Position numbers and translations under genes: made by a program. This document shows positions 37,912 through 46,879 of a DNA stretch of 64,000 nucleotides, piece by piece. Under the pieces are notes generated by a model, which saw nothing but the letters and a program-made list of their open reading frames with translations, was not told where the DNA came from and searched no databases. Numbering within the stretch: position 1 is the first letter of the stretch; each line of letters starts with the position of its first letter. The stretch comes from an uncultured Actinomycetota bacterium (GTDB lineage Bacteria > Actinomycetota > Actinomycetes > DATJPE01): positions 54,088 to 118,087 of the forward strand of contig CAWDUP010000004.1 of NCBI GenBank assembly GCA_963805505.1, read 5' to 3'.

Positions 37912-39359
37912 TGAGCCAGCACCTCGACATCGGGCATCGCGTCACGGTCGGCGTTGAGACCGAAGTAGACCCCGCCGTCGTAGGACGTCAGCCCGATACT
38001 CACCGCCTGCCCTTTGGCCAACGGGACCACCGGATAGGCAGCCTCCATGCGAGCGCCGGCGCTGTAGAGGGGGAACTGAGGACCGGGAACATTGGTGACG
38101 ACCAGGTTGAACATCCGCCGCGACAGCCCGCTCCCCACCCGGGCACCGAGCGCGTGCAAGGTCGGGGGCGCGAATCCGGCGATCCCGACAAGCGCCTCCG
38201 CCCCCACGGACTGACCGGTCTCCTTGTGGGCCTTCATGGCGTAGGACACCTGGTGCAGCCGCATGATGGCGCTCGGCTCGCCGACCGGGAGGTCGACCAG
38301 GTAGGACGCCACGCGATTGCCCAGGGCGCCCTTCTGGTCTTCGGTCCGCACGCTCACCGGAACCATCGCCCGCACCACGGTTGCACCGCCGACCGACTCG
38401 CCGCGCGTCATCAACCACGTGCGCAGTCCCCCGGCGACGACCGCCAGCACGACGTCGTTGACGGTGCCGCCGTGCTTGGCCCGCACCGCCTTGAAGTCCT
38501 CGAGCCGCATGTCGGCCGTGGCATACCGTCGCTGCTCGCCGATCTCGGCGTTGAGCGGGCTCGTCGGCGCCGTACGCGCCACGGTGCGCGCCATCGCCAG
38601 CACACCTCCCGCCACCCCAGCCAGCCGACCGGCAGTGCGGCGCACGTCGGTCACTGTCGTGCGTACGAGATCCGCCGCGCCGCTGGGCCGGCGGATGAGA
38701 TCGCCGACCGCGCCAGCGACCAGCTCGATCGAGGACGGCTCGGCCGCCGGGCGCCAGGTGTCCGCTGGTGTCTCACGCGGTTCTGGCGTGACGTCCAAGA
38801 TGACCTGACCGATGTCGACGGCACTGACCCCATCAACCATGGCGTGGTGGGTCTTGGTCAGGATGGCGAATCGCCCGCCCTCAATGCCCTCGACCAGATA
38901 GGTCTCCCACAGCGGGCGGCTGCGGTCCAGGGGGCGGCTCATGATGCGAGCCACCAGCTCGCGAAGCTGTTCTTCGGTCCCTGGCTTGGGCAGCGCTGAT
39001 CGACGGACGTGATAGGCGATGTCGAAGTTCTCGTCATCAACCCAGACCGGACTCGCGATGTGTCCGGGGATCCAGCGGATCCGCTGCCGATACCGCGGCA
39101 CGAACGCGATCCGCCTGCTGATCAGGCGCACGAGCCGGTCGTAGTCGAAGCCGGTGTCCGGGACGGTGAACAGCGCCACACTCCCTACGTGCATGGGTGT
39201 GGTGGGTTCCTCGAGGTAGAGGAACGACACGTCCAACGGGTTGAGACGGTCTGACACGATCGAGTCACTCCAGCGGCATCGGCGGGGAAACCCCCGACCG
39301 CCGTACGGCGTCGTGGGAACTCTTATCGTGTCACGGGCGTCTGGCTTGAGGGGGCTCAC
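37866..39359 (-). CDS. Wax ester synthase / diacylglycerol acyltransferase (WS/DGAT)
   Basis: HHAMVDGVSAVD (the HHxxxDG active site) and a roughly 480-aa WS/DGAT-type length. Confidence 0.8.
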   Translation of the reverse strand: MSPLKPDARDTIRVPTTPYGGRGFPRRCRWSDSIVSDRLNPLDVSFLYLEEPTTPMHVGSVALFTVPDTGFDYDRLVRLISRRIAFVPRYRQRIRWIPGHIASPVWVDDENFDIAYHVRRSALPKPGTEEQLRELVARIMSRPLDRSRPLWETYLVEGIEGGRFAILTKTHHAMVDGVSAVDIGQVILDVTPEPRETPADTWRPAAEPSSIELVAGAVGDLIRRPSGAADLVRTTVTDVRRTAGRLAGVAGGVLAMARTVARTAPTSPLNAEIGEQRRYATADMRLEDFKAVRAKHGGTVNDVVLAVVAGGLRTWLMTRGESVGGATVVRAMVPVSVRTEDQKGALGNRVASYLVDLPVGEPSAIMRLHQVSYAMKAHKETGQSVGAEALVGIAGFAPPTLHALGARVGSGLSRRMFNLVVTNVPGPQFPLYSAGARMEAAYPVVPLAKGQAVSIGLTSYDGGVYFGLNADRDAMPDVEVLAQCLVDALAELRETVR

Positions 39360-39500
39360 GCCACGCGATGGCTGCTGCGCATCGCGAGCGGTCCACGTTC
39401 GAGGGACCGCTCAGATTGGGTTCACCGGTCCAGACAACCTCCCCATGAGCCGAATCAGATAGTGCCACCCCGAATCTCGAAACCTCGACTGGAGAACCAG

Positions 39501-39938
39501 ATGCGCCGCTCCGTTCTCGTCCTCGGCCTGTGCGCCGCCGCGACCACGCTCGGCCTTGCCGGTTGCAGCTCATCAGGTGGATCGGCGAGCACCGCGCCAA
39601 CACCGGCCGCCACCACCAGCTCCCCCGCGCAGTCACCGAGCCCGTCGCCAACAGAGTCTGCAGACGACGTGGGAGTCGCTATCGATGTCACCGTCGACGG
39701 CAACACGGTGACACCAAAGCCCGCGACCATCGAGGTCGCGCCGGGCGATGCGATCGCCCTCACGCTCACGACCGATCGGTCAGGTGAGCTGCACATCCAC
39801 GGCGCCGACCCAGAGCTCGAGACCGAGATCGAGCCGGGGACGAAGACCTACACGTTCACCGCCAGCAGCCAGCCGGGCGTCTACGAGGCGGAGCTGCACG
39901 ACCCAGACCTGCTGCTGTTCGAGCTCAAGGTGCAGTGA
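39501..39938 (+). CDS. Lipoprotein with a cupredoxin-like beta-sandwich domain (EfeO/CopC-like fold candidate)
   Basis: Lipobox LGLAGCSS after MRRSVLVLGLCAAATT, then a Ser/Pro/Thr-rich linker and a roughly 90-aa domain with ELHIHG ... YEAELHD. I place the start at ATG 39501; the track ORF starts upstream. Confidence 0.55.
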   Translation: MRRSVLVLGLCAAATTLGLAGCSSSGGSASTAPTPAATTSSPAQSPSPSPTESADDVGVAIDVTVDGNTVTPKPATIEVAPGDAIALTLTTDRSGELHIHGADPELETEIEPGTKTYTFTASSQPGVYEAELHDPDLLLFELKVQ

Positions 39939-41332
39939 GCCAAAGCCTCGGGCACGCCGTGGGCGCCTGGTGGGTCGACGGAACGCTGTCCGCAGTCCCC
40001 GACCTGCTCGGGCGGTTGGCCCACGGTGTCGGCAACCGCAAAGACCTTCCCGTGCCGTTCGCGGCAGCACTCGCGGCGGCGGTGGTGGCACTCGTCGCCT
40101 CCTTCGTGGCCCTTGGCGCGCTTTGGCGCACCCCCCGACTGACCGGGGCCGCAGCCGGACGTCCCGTCGCCCCGGGGTGGTCAGCAGTCCTGGACTCCTC
40201 CTGGTTGCGGTGGACGCTGCGCGTGGTCGGCCTGGTCCTGACCGGCTACTTCCTCCTGGGCCTCCTGCTTGGGCCAGACGATGCCCTGAATCCGTCCGCC
40301 GGCGTCGTCTACGTGCTGCTGTGGGTCGGCACCCTCGTCGTGGCCTCAGCCCTGCTCGGCCCGGTGTGGCGCCTGATCAACCCGCTGCGCAGCGTGCATC
40401 TCATCGGCTGTCGCCTGCTGCTGCACCAGCCGGAGAAAGGCTTCCTGCCCCCACCGACCGCCCTGGGTCTTTGGCCCGGCGCGCTGGCGATCCTGAGCTT
40501 CGGCTGGCTGGAACTCGTAGCCCCCGACCGAGCAACCACCCATGTCCTGACGCTGTATCTCATTGGCTACGCGGTCTGGGTGCTCGGCGGCGCCGTTCTG
40601 TTCGGCGATCGATGGATCCACCAGGCCGACGGCTTCGAGGTCATCTCAGACCTCTACGGCCGGCTGTCCGTCCTCGGCCGACGGGCCGACCGCGCGCTGG
40701 TGCTCCGCTCTCCCTTGAACGGGATCGCCGGCCTTCGCAAGGAAGCCGGCACAGCCGCCGTGGTCTGTGTGCTGCTCGGGACCACCGCCTACGACGGCCT
40801 GTCGAGCGCCCCTTGGTGGGCAGCGTGGGTGCAGGAGGCCGCTGTGCCTGCGCGAGTCGCCGCGACAGGGGGCCTCCTCGCGGTGGTCGCCGTGGTTGGG
40901 GCCACCTACCTAGGGGCCACGGTCTGGTCGGGACGCCTGTCCGGAAAGCCTGGGCTGGCCAAACAGCTGCCACGTGAGCTGGCCCACACCGTTGTGCCGA
41001 TCGCCTTGGGATACGCCATCGCGCACTACTACTCCCTGCTGGTCATCGTGGGTCAGCAGACGGTCGCGCGGCTCTCAGACCCCCTCGGAACTGGCGCCAA
41101 CTGGCTCGGAACCGCCAACGGCGGCATCTCCTACACGTTGGTCGGGGCAACCACTGTGGCGACGGTGCAAATCCTGGCGGTCGTGGTGGGGCACATCCTG
41201 GGTGTGGTCCTGGCACACGACCGCACCGTGGCCCTGGTGCCCCCTGCGCGTGCCGTGGTCGCGCAACTTCCGGTGCTCGCCCTGATGGTCTTCTTCACCT
41301 TGGCCGGCCTCACGCTGCTGTTCTCCGCCTAG
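39935..41332 (+). CDS. Polytopic integral membrane protein, function unknown, coupled to the lipoprotein gene
   Basis: 465 aa with at least 10 predicted hydrophobic helices. Its start overlaps the lipoprotein stop. Confidence 0.55.
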   Translation: MSQSLGHAVGAWWVDGTLSAVPDLLGRLAHGVGNRKDLPVPFAAALAAAVVALVASFVALGALWRTPRLTGAAAGRPVAPGWSAVLDSSWLRWTLRVVGLVLTGYFLLGLLLGPDDALNPSAGVVYVLLWVGTLVVASALLGPVWRLINPLRSVHLIGCRLLLHQPEKGFLPPPTALGLWPGALAILSFGWLELVAPDRATTHVLTLYLIGYAVWVLGGAVLFGDRWIHQADGFEVISDLYGRLSVLGRRADRALVLRSPLNGIAGLRKEAGTAAVVCVLLGTTAYDGLSSAPWWAAWVQEAAVPARVAATGGLLAVVAVVGATYLGATVWSGRLSGKPGLAKQLPRELAHTVVPIALGYAIAHYYSLLVIVGQQTVARLSDPLGTGANWLGTANGGISYTLVGATTVATVQILAVVVGHILGVVLAHDRTVALVPPARAVVAQLPVLALMVFFTLAGLTLLFSA

Positions 41333-41370
41333 CTCTGGCCTTACGTGGAGCGGACGAGGATGCGTCTCAG

Positions 41371-42027
41371 TCAGGACGCGAGGGCACGGCCGAACAGGAT
41401 CTCCAGCTCGCTGGCCGTCTCTACGTAGTTCGCGTGCAGGATGCCGACCAAGCCGAGCTCGGTGGCCGCCCGGATGTTCGGTCGAAGATCGTCGACGAAG
41501 ACGCAATCCTCGGCCTCGAGCTCGAGCAGCTCCAGGGTGTGCTGGAAGATCCGCGGCTCCGGCTTGCGCATCCCGACCTCACCAGAGATGACGACGACGT
41601 CGAACATCTCGTCCCACCCGTCGCGCGGATAGTCGTTGCCCCAGGAGTTCGACAGCAGGGCCGTACGGATCCCTGTGGCACGGGCCCGTCGCACCAGACC
41701 AACCATGTCGGCGGCGTGCTCAAAGCGGCTGAACATCCGAGTGAGCAGTCCTGCCGGCTCCACCGGCGCACCCTTGACGGTGCGCAGCTCCGCGGCGAGC
41801 CGTCGCTCGAAGTCCGGCACCTCCAGCTCTCCTCGTTCCAAGGCATGGACCGGGTTCCAGACCGCTTCGGCACCCACGCCGTCGCCCAACCATCGACGCA
41901 TCACTTGGCGGAATCCGTCGACGGCAACGGCATCGTCAGCTGCCCAGGACTCCATCGATGCCGTGAGATCACTCGTCAGGACCCCGCCCCAGTCCACGAT
42001 CAGGCCGGCGAGCTCGCGATCAGGCAC
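41371..42027 (-). CDS. HAD-superfamily hydrolase
   Basis: Motif I LIVDWGGVLT and motif IV VFVDDLRPN. I moved the start to the GTG near 42027 to avoid a 74-nt overlap with the upstream gene. Confidence 0.7.
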   Translation of the reverse strand: MPDRELAGLIVDWGGVLTSDLTASMESWAADDAVAVDGFRQVMRRWLGDGVGAEAVWNPVHALERGELEVPDFERRLAAELRTVKGAPVEPAGLLTRMFSRFEHAADMVGLVRRARATGIRTALLSNSWGNDYPRDGWDEMFDVVVISGEVGMRKPEPRIFQHTLELLELEAEDCVFVDDLRPNIRAATELGLVGILHANYVETASELEILFGRALAS

Positions 42028-43075
42028 CCGCGACCTCCCGAGCCGCCGCAAGCAGATCCGGGACACCGCGCTCGAGGCGAGCGAAGAAGGCATCGTCGGA
42101 CTGTCCGGCCAACCAGCGGTGATAGCTCACCTCGAGCAGGATCGCGAGCTTCCACAACGCAAGTGCCCGAAACCAGCGCAGATCGCCGGCTGGTCGCCTC
42201 ATGGACTCCTCCCAGCGCGCCACCAGCTCTGCCTTGCTCGGGAAACCGCCAGCAGTCGTGGGAGACATCGGCAACGGGAGGTGCTCGCCGGGTTCGGGCC
42301 AGAACGTCAACAAGTAGCCAAGATCGGCACGCGGATCACCGATCGTGGCCATCTCCCAGTCGACGATGGCTGCCACCGATGCGTCGGAGGGGTTCACGAT
42401 CGCGTTGTCGAGCTTGAAGTCTCCGTGCACGAGAGTGGCAGGGACAGCTGTCGGTCGGGTGTCCTGCAGCCAGTCCCGGACCACGTCGTAGTCCGGCAGC
42501 CCACGAGCCGTTCCGCCGGCTTGCGCAACAGCCGCAGACAGTCCCTCGCGCTGCGCGACCCAGCGACTGAGCTGACGATCGAGATAGCCGACCGGTCGCC
42601 CGAAGCCCGCCTCCGCGAAGCGCGACACCGGCACCTGATGGATTGCGACGAGCTGATCGATCAGCTCGTAGCCCAAGGTGCGCCGCGATTGCCCAGACAG
42701 CCACGGTGGGAGCTCTTCGCGGATCACCTCGCCCTCGACCCGGTCCATGACGTAGAACGGGGCGCCCAGGACGTTCTGGTCTTCACACGCGGCCACGACG
42801 CGAGGCACCCGAGCCACGCCGTCCTGCAGCAAGCTCAGGATGCGGAACTCGCGCAGCACGTCATGCGCCGTCGGCAACAAGGGGCCGTAGGGCGGGCGGC
42901 GGAGCACGTACGGCGGCGCGCCAGCCCTGGTCACGGCGAAGGTGAGGTTGCTGTGGCCAGCGCCCAAGGGCTGCAGATCACAAGGGCCGGAGCCGGCGAG
43001 ATTCTCCTGAGCCCAGGTGTCCAGCACACCTGCACCGATGATCGTCGACGGTCCGGGCGAAGCAGCGGGCACCAC
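42020..43075 (-). CDS. Phosphotransferase (APH/choline-kinase-like kinase family)
   Basis: HGDFKLDNAIV (catalytic loop) and IVDWEMATIGDPRADL (DFG-equivalent), the APH-family fold pattern. Confidence 0.8.
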   Translation of the reverse strand: MVPAASPGPSTIIGAGVLDTWAQENLAGSGPCDLQPLGAGHSNLTFAVTRAGAPPYVLRRPPYGPLLPTAHDVLREFRILSLLQDGVARVPRVVAACEDQNVLGAPFYVMDRVEGEVIREELPPWLSGQSRRTLGYELIDQLVAIHQVPVSRFAEAGFGRPVGYLDRQLSRWVAQREGLSAAVAQAGGTARGLPDYDVVRDWLQDTRPTAVPATLVHGDFKLDNAIVNPSDASVAAIVDWEMATIGDPRADLGYLLTFWPEPGEHLPLPMSPTTAGGFPSKAELVARWEESMRRPAGDLRWFRALALWKLAILLEVSYHRWLAGQSDDAFFARLERGVPDLLAAAREVAGA

Positions 43076-43094
43076 GCCACCCTACGAGGCCGCT

Positions 43095-44366
43095 CTAAGT
43101 GCCGACGGCTGCCTTGGATCGGCGTCGACGGCGACCAGCGCCCTCGGACTCCGGCGCGAGCTCGCGGGCCAGTCCGGCCAACGCCGTTCGAGCCGGGGAT
43201 CGAGGAGCGACCGCTGCGAGGAACTGGCCGGTGCGCAGCGCCTTGTCGAATGCGTCCGGGTCATCGGGGATCAGCACCACGTCGTCAGCGCCGGCGTGCC
43301 GCTCGAGGCTGTCCCGCAGCTGCCGCTCCGGTGCCGAACCCACGGCACTCTTGCGAACCCGGGTCAAGACCACGCGCAGCGAAGCCGTCGGCGCCGCTTT
43401 CCTTGCCTCGGGGAGGGCGCGGATCAGCCGGTGGACACCGATCGGGTCCGCCCGACCCACGGCCAGCAGCACGTCGCAGTCCTCCAGGGTGGCCAGGGTG
43501 GCGGCGTTGCGCTGGGGCGCGGAGGTGTCGTAGCTCAGCTCCTCATCCTGCTCGAGCCCGAAGCCGCAATCGACCACCGTGTAGTCGACCAGCAAGCGAC
43601 TCTGCGCCCACACCTGGGTGAGCGCCGCCCGCCGGAGTTCCGGCCACCGGTCGGGGCGGACGATGCCGGTGAGCACGCGCAAGTGGGGCGCCGCCTCCCG
43701 CGCACTGCCCGACAGCGAGGCCAGGTCGAGCTCTCCGCCGGCCACCCCCCGGGCCGCTGCGGCGATCCCGGGCGCCTCGTCGAGCAGTCCCAACAGCTGC
43801 GCGACGGCGCCCCCATAGGTGTCGGCGTCGGCCAGCAATGTGGGCTGCCCGAGCAGGGACAACTCGTGGGCGAGGTAGCTCGCAACGCAGGTGCGACCGG
43901 GGGCGCCCGTTGGCCCCCAGACCGCGACCAGGCGCCCTCGCCGCGGCGGCTCGACCTCGATGGGTGGCTGGGCGCGCTCGGCCGGAACCACCTCCAGCGG
44001 ACCACGACGTACGACAGCGAGAACGGCCAGCGCACCCGCGTCGGCGTCAGTCGCATCCACCGCGACTACGTCGGCAACGCCCATCATCCGGATCCGTCGT
44101 TCGGCGGCTTCGTCCTGCGCGGCAACCACGACCACGACCGCGACGCCGAGGCGACGCAACCGATCGAACGCTTCATGGTCCAGGCGTCTGAGGCCGGCCG
44201 AGATCACCGCGGTGGCGGACTGACCGGATTCGGCGACGGCCAGCAGGTCGGCCAGATCGACGCACCGCCGGACGATGCGAACACCGCTGGCCCGACCGAT
44301 GGTCGCGAGGATCACTGGCTCAGCCGGTGCCCCCTCGAGAGCAAGCAGCACCGGTATGCCGGTCAT
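43095..44366 (-). CDS. TadZ/CpaE-like septum-site-determining (Ssd-type) ParA/MinD-family ATPase
   Basis: 423 aa with an N-terminal receiver-like domain and a C-terminal MinD/ParA-like domain carrying a deviant P-loop (VAVWGPTGAPGRTCVAS). This is typical of the actinobacterial TadZ/Ssd encoded next to a SAF-domain gene. Confidence 0.7.
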   Translation of the reverse strand: MTGIPVLLALEGAPAEPVILATIGRASGVRIVRRCVDLADLLAVAESGQSATAVISAGLRRLDHEAFDRLRRLGVAVVVVVAAQDEAAERRIRMMGVADVVAVDATDADAGALAVLAVVRRGPLEVVPAERAQPPIEVEPPRRGRLVAVWGPTGAPGRTCVASYLAHELSLLGQPTLLADADTYGGAVAQLLGLLDEAPGIAAAARGVAGGELDLASLSGSAREAAPHLRVLTGIVRPDRWPELRRAALTQVWAQSRLLVDYTVVDCGFGLEQDEELSYDTSAPQRNAATLATLEDCDVLLAVGRADPIGVHRLIRALPEARKAAPTASLRVVLTRVRKSAVGSAPERQLRDSLERHAGADDVVLIPDDPDAFDKALRTGQFLAAVAPRSPARTALAGLARELAPESEGAGRRRRRSKAAVGT

Positions 44367-45088
44367 GAGGAGGGGACCTGGACCAGATCGATGGGGCCGT
44401 CCTGGGCCGCCTGCACCAGTGATTGCACGTCGAGGGGCTCCACACCCAACGCGACCCCCATCGCCGAGCCCGACGGGCCGAGGCGACCGCCGTCCTCCAC
44501 AAGGTCCTGCACCAAAGCGGCCTCCACGACCAGGTAGGTCTGACCGTCGTCCGGTGTCACATAGACGTCGACTCGGTGACCCCGAGCCAAGTCGGTCGGC
44601 GCATGGAACCGCTCGACCTCGACGGTCACCTGGCGAAGTGCTGGCCCAACCGGGGTCGAGGCAACAGCCGTGACCGGAAGGAGCTCACCGGCTCGCACCG
44701 GGCGCAGCAGGATCCACCCGACCGGTGGGGCCGCGTCGGCGGAGACGTAGGCCCGCGCCGCATCTCCCAGGCGGACCTGGACCGTCCGCAGATCGCCGGC
44801 TTGGAGCACCGAACCCGCCCCGAGGTCACCAGCCGCTGACCACACAGCAACCGTGTCGTCAGCGGCGGCGAGGGCTCGGGCACCCAGAACGACGGAGACC
44901 AGCACGAGCAGCACCCCGCCGAGGAGACGGACGTCGCGCCATCGTGGGCGAGCCAGCCGAGCTGCCGCAGGCGAGCGCCCGGCCGCCTCCACGGAGGCAC
45001 TGGTCTCCGATACCACGTCCCACCCCGGCCTTCGCGTCGTGCCGGCTCTCGCCGGCCCGCGCACATCGATCGACCTCGAGACCTTCAT
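44363..45088 (-). CDS. SAF-domain protein (Flp pilus assembly CpaB/RcpC-like)
   Basis: I place the start at ATG 45088 (MKVSRSIDVRG...), followed by a TM segment LLGGVLLVLVSVVLGA and a SAF-like beta domain. Its stop overlaps the tadZ start. Confidence 0.65.
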   Translation of the reverse strand: MKVSRSIDVRGPARAGTTRRPGWDVVSETSASVEAAGRSPAAARLARPRWRDVRLLGGVLLVLVSVVLGARALAAADDTVAVWSAAGDLGAGSVLQAGDLRTVQVRLGDAARAYVSADAAPPVGWILLRPVRAGELLPVTAVASTPVGPALRQVTVEVERFHAPTDLARGHRVDVYVTPDDGQTYLVVEAALVQDLVEDGGRLGPSGSAMGVALGVEPLDVQSLVQAAQDGPIDLVQVPSS

Positions 45089-45195
45089 CGTGCCCCAGGT
45101 CAACGAGCCTCGCCGAGGCTTTCCACACCCGTACGGGTGATCCACAGGCACTCGGCCGGCCGGTTTGCGACGGCGCGCTCTGCGATGATCGGCCC

Positions 45196-45444
45196 GTGAC
45201 CCCCGAACCACGGTTCCTGACGCTGGCCGACGTCGCGGAGGTGCTCAACATCTCCGCGGCGCAGACCTACGCACTCGTGCGGTCAGGTGACCTTGCAGCC
45301 ATCAAGGTGGGCGGCCGAGGTCAGTGGCGCGTCGAGGCCAGCCGCCTCGAGGAATACATCGAGCGGATGTATTCGCAGACCGCAGACTTCGTGGCCAACC
45401 ATCCCCTCGGTGGGCCGGACGACGCCGGGTCTCCCGACCTCTAG
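45196..45444 (+). CDS. Helix-turn-helix DNA-binding protein (excisionase/MerR-like HTH_17)
   Basis: FLTLADVAEVLNISAAQTYALVRSGDLAAIKVGGRGQWRV is the HTH_17 pattern. I place the start at GTG 45196. It is divergent from the SAF-tadZ operon. Confidence 0.7.
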   Translation: MTPEPRFLTLADVAEVLNISAAQTYALVRSGDLAAIKVGGRGQWRVEASRLEEYIERMYSQTADFVANHPLGGPDDAGSPDL

Positions 45445-46025
45445 ACCCCGCGACCGCTCGTCGTCCCGGAGTCCGCTGACCGCAGCCGTACGGCAGCCAG
45501 CGCCGCGAAAGGCACCAGCCGGAGGCCGATCCGGCTGCGTGGCTCACCCGCTGGATGCTCCATCACCTCGAGGTAGTCCTGACCTACCCGGTCGATGGTT
45601 CCGGAGTGGCTCTCGCCCGAGAGGGTGGTCACCACCACTTCCGAACGGTCCCTGGCCACGGCTCGAAGCGCGTGACCCAGCCCGAGCCGCGCATCGACCG
45701 GTCCCTCGCTCGCCGGATCCGCCGACGTAGCGCCGTGCCGGCGGATGCCGGTCAGCGCCGCCACGGGAACCACGACCTCGACGCCCTGACAAGCGAGGAG
45801 CATCCAGTCCGATCCCACGGCGGCCACCCGACCGTCGAGCGGGTCGAGCCCACGTACGTCCACGGTGAGCTCGCCGCCCGTGCCGTGCGCCGCACGCAGC
45901 CGGTCGACGATCCGCAGCCGAGCGGTCTCGCGACGAGCCCGGTCTGCGACCTCCGCGTCGAGCTCGGCTCGCTCACCCGCGGCTGCCTGCGCCTCCAGGT
46001 CGCCGAACAGCTCTTCCCAACGCAC
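45441..46025 (-). CDS. Hypothetical protein
   Basis: 194-aa ORF with coding-like composition and no recognisable motif. Confidence 0.45.
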   Translation of the reverse strand: MRWEELFGDLEAQAAAGERAELDAEVADRARRETARLRIVDRLRAAHGTGGELTVDVRGLDPLDGRVAAVGSDWMLLACQGVEVVVPVAALTGIRRHGATSADPASEGPVDARLGLGHALRAVARDRSEVVVTTLSGESHSGTIDRVGQDYLEVMEHPAGEPRSRIGLRLVPFAALAAVRLRSADSGTTSGRGV

Positions 46026-46059
46026 GCAGCAGACGCTAGGCCACGCCGAACCGGGCTAG

Positions 46060-46150
46060 CTCCACATCCGAGCCGATGACTCCTTGACTCTGAGCGAAAA
46101 CGGAGGATAGTCCAGTCAAACATAAGCAAACTTAAGTAAATGGAGATCAG
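46060..46150 (+). promoter_or_regulatory. AT-rich intergenic leader / promoter region upstream of the LysM-protein gene
   Basis: About 90 nt that are markedly AT-rich for this genome: ...ccttgactctgagcgaaaacggaggatagtccagtcaaacataagcaaacttaagtaaatggagatcagATG. There is a TTGACT hexamer and a GGAGA Shine-Dalgarno 6 nt before the ATG. Confidence 0.4.
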
Positions 46151-46879
46151 ATGCACGCATTGCTGACCGGCTGGCCGTTCCGGTGGCTGAGCCGGTGGCT
46201 GCTCTGGATCGGCGGGCTCGCCGTCGGCGTCGGCGTCCTCACCTGGTCGACCGGACCGCTGATCCAGGCGGCCTCAGCTGAACCAGAGCCCGGCGATGCT
46301 GTCGCGCTGGCGTGTGCCGCGGCGGCGTGGCTGGTGTGTGGATGGCTGCTCCTCGGTACGGCTGCCGCCCTGGTCGAGGCGGCCGGCGTAGCCGTCGGAG
46401 GACGCTTCGGCCAGGCTCGGTGGCCGGCCCGGGTCGCGGGCGCCGTGACACCGAGCTCGGTTCGCGACCTCGTGGGGCGCACCCTGCGCACGGGTCTGGC
46501 GCTGAGCACCGTGACCGCGGTGATCGCCGGAGTCGGCGGCATCGCGACGCCCGTACAGGCGACCACCGCAACCGCCCCCGCCGGCGCTGGGGCAGCGGCG
46601 GACGACGCGACAGCACCGTCTCTGCCATCCCTTGACCGGCCGGCAACCAGCGCGGCAGCCCACGAACTGGTGCCGCCGCGTCAACCGCAGTCCTACACCG
46701 TCACCCCGGGAGACACCTTGTGGGGCATAGCTGCCGCGCACCTGCCCCGTCCGCCGACCAATTCCTCGATTGCTCGTGCCTGGCCGCTGTGGTGGCACAC
46801 CAATCGCGCGGTCATCGGCAATGATCCCGATCTGATCCAGCCGGGACAGGTCCTGCGCGTGCCGGGGGGATCCCGGTGA
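46151..46879 (+). CDS. LysM-domain membrane protein
   Basis: N-terminal TM helices, with a C-terminal LysM (YTVTPGDTLWGIAAAHL ... IQPGQVLRVP). Confidence 0.7.
   Translation: MHALLTGWPFRWLSRWLLWIGGLAVGVGVLTWSTGPLIQAASAEPEPGDAVALACAAAAWLVCGWLLLGTAAALVEAAGVAVGGRFGQARWPARVAGAVTPSSVRDLVGRTLRTGLALSTVTAVIAGVGGIATPVQATTATAPAGAGAAADDATAPSLPSLDRPATSAAAHELVPPRQPQSYTVTPGDTLWGIAAAHLPRPPTNSSIARAWPLWWHTNRAVIGNDPDLIQPGQVLRVPGGSR

Noticed and set aside
37227-44537. Plus-strand ORFs 37227-38999 (590 aa), 39748-40977, 41434-42417, 41636-43621 (661 aa) and 43017-44537 (506 aa)
   Set aside because: They are antisense or out of frame to the patatin, WS/DGAT, membrane-protein, HAD, APH and tadZ genes, all of which carry recognisable catalytic motifs in their own frames.
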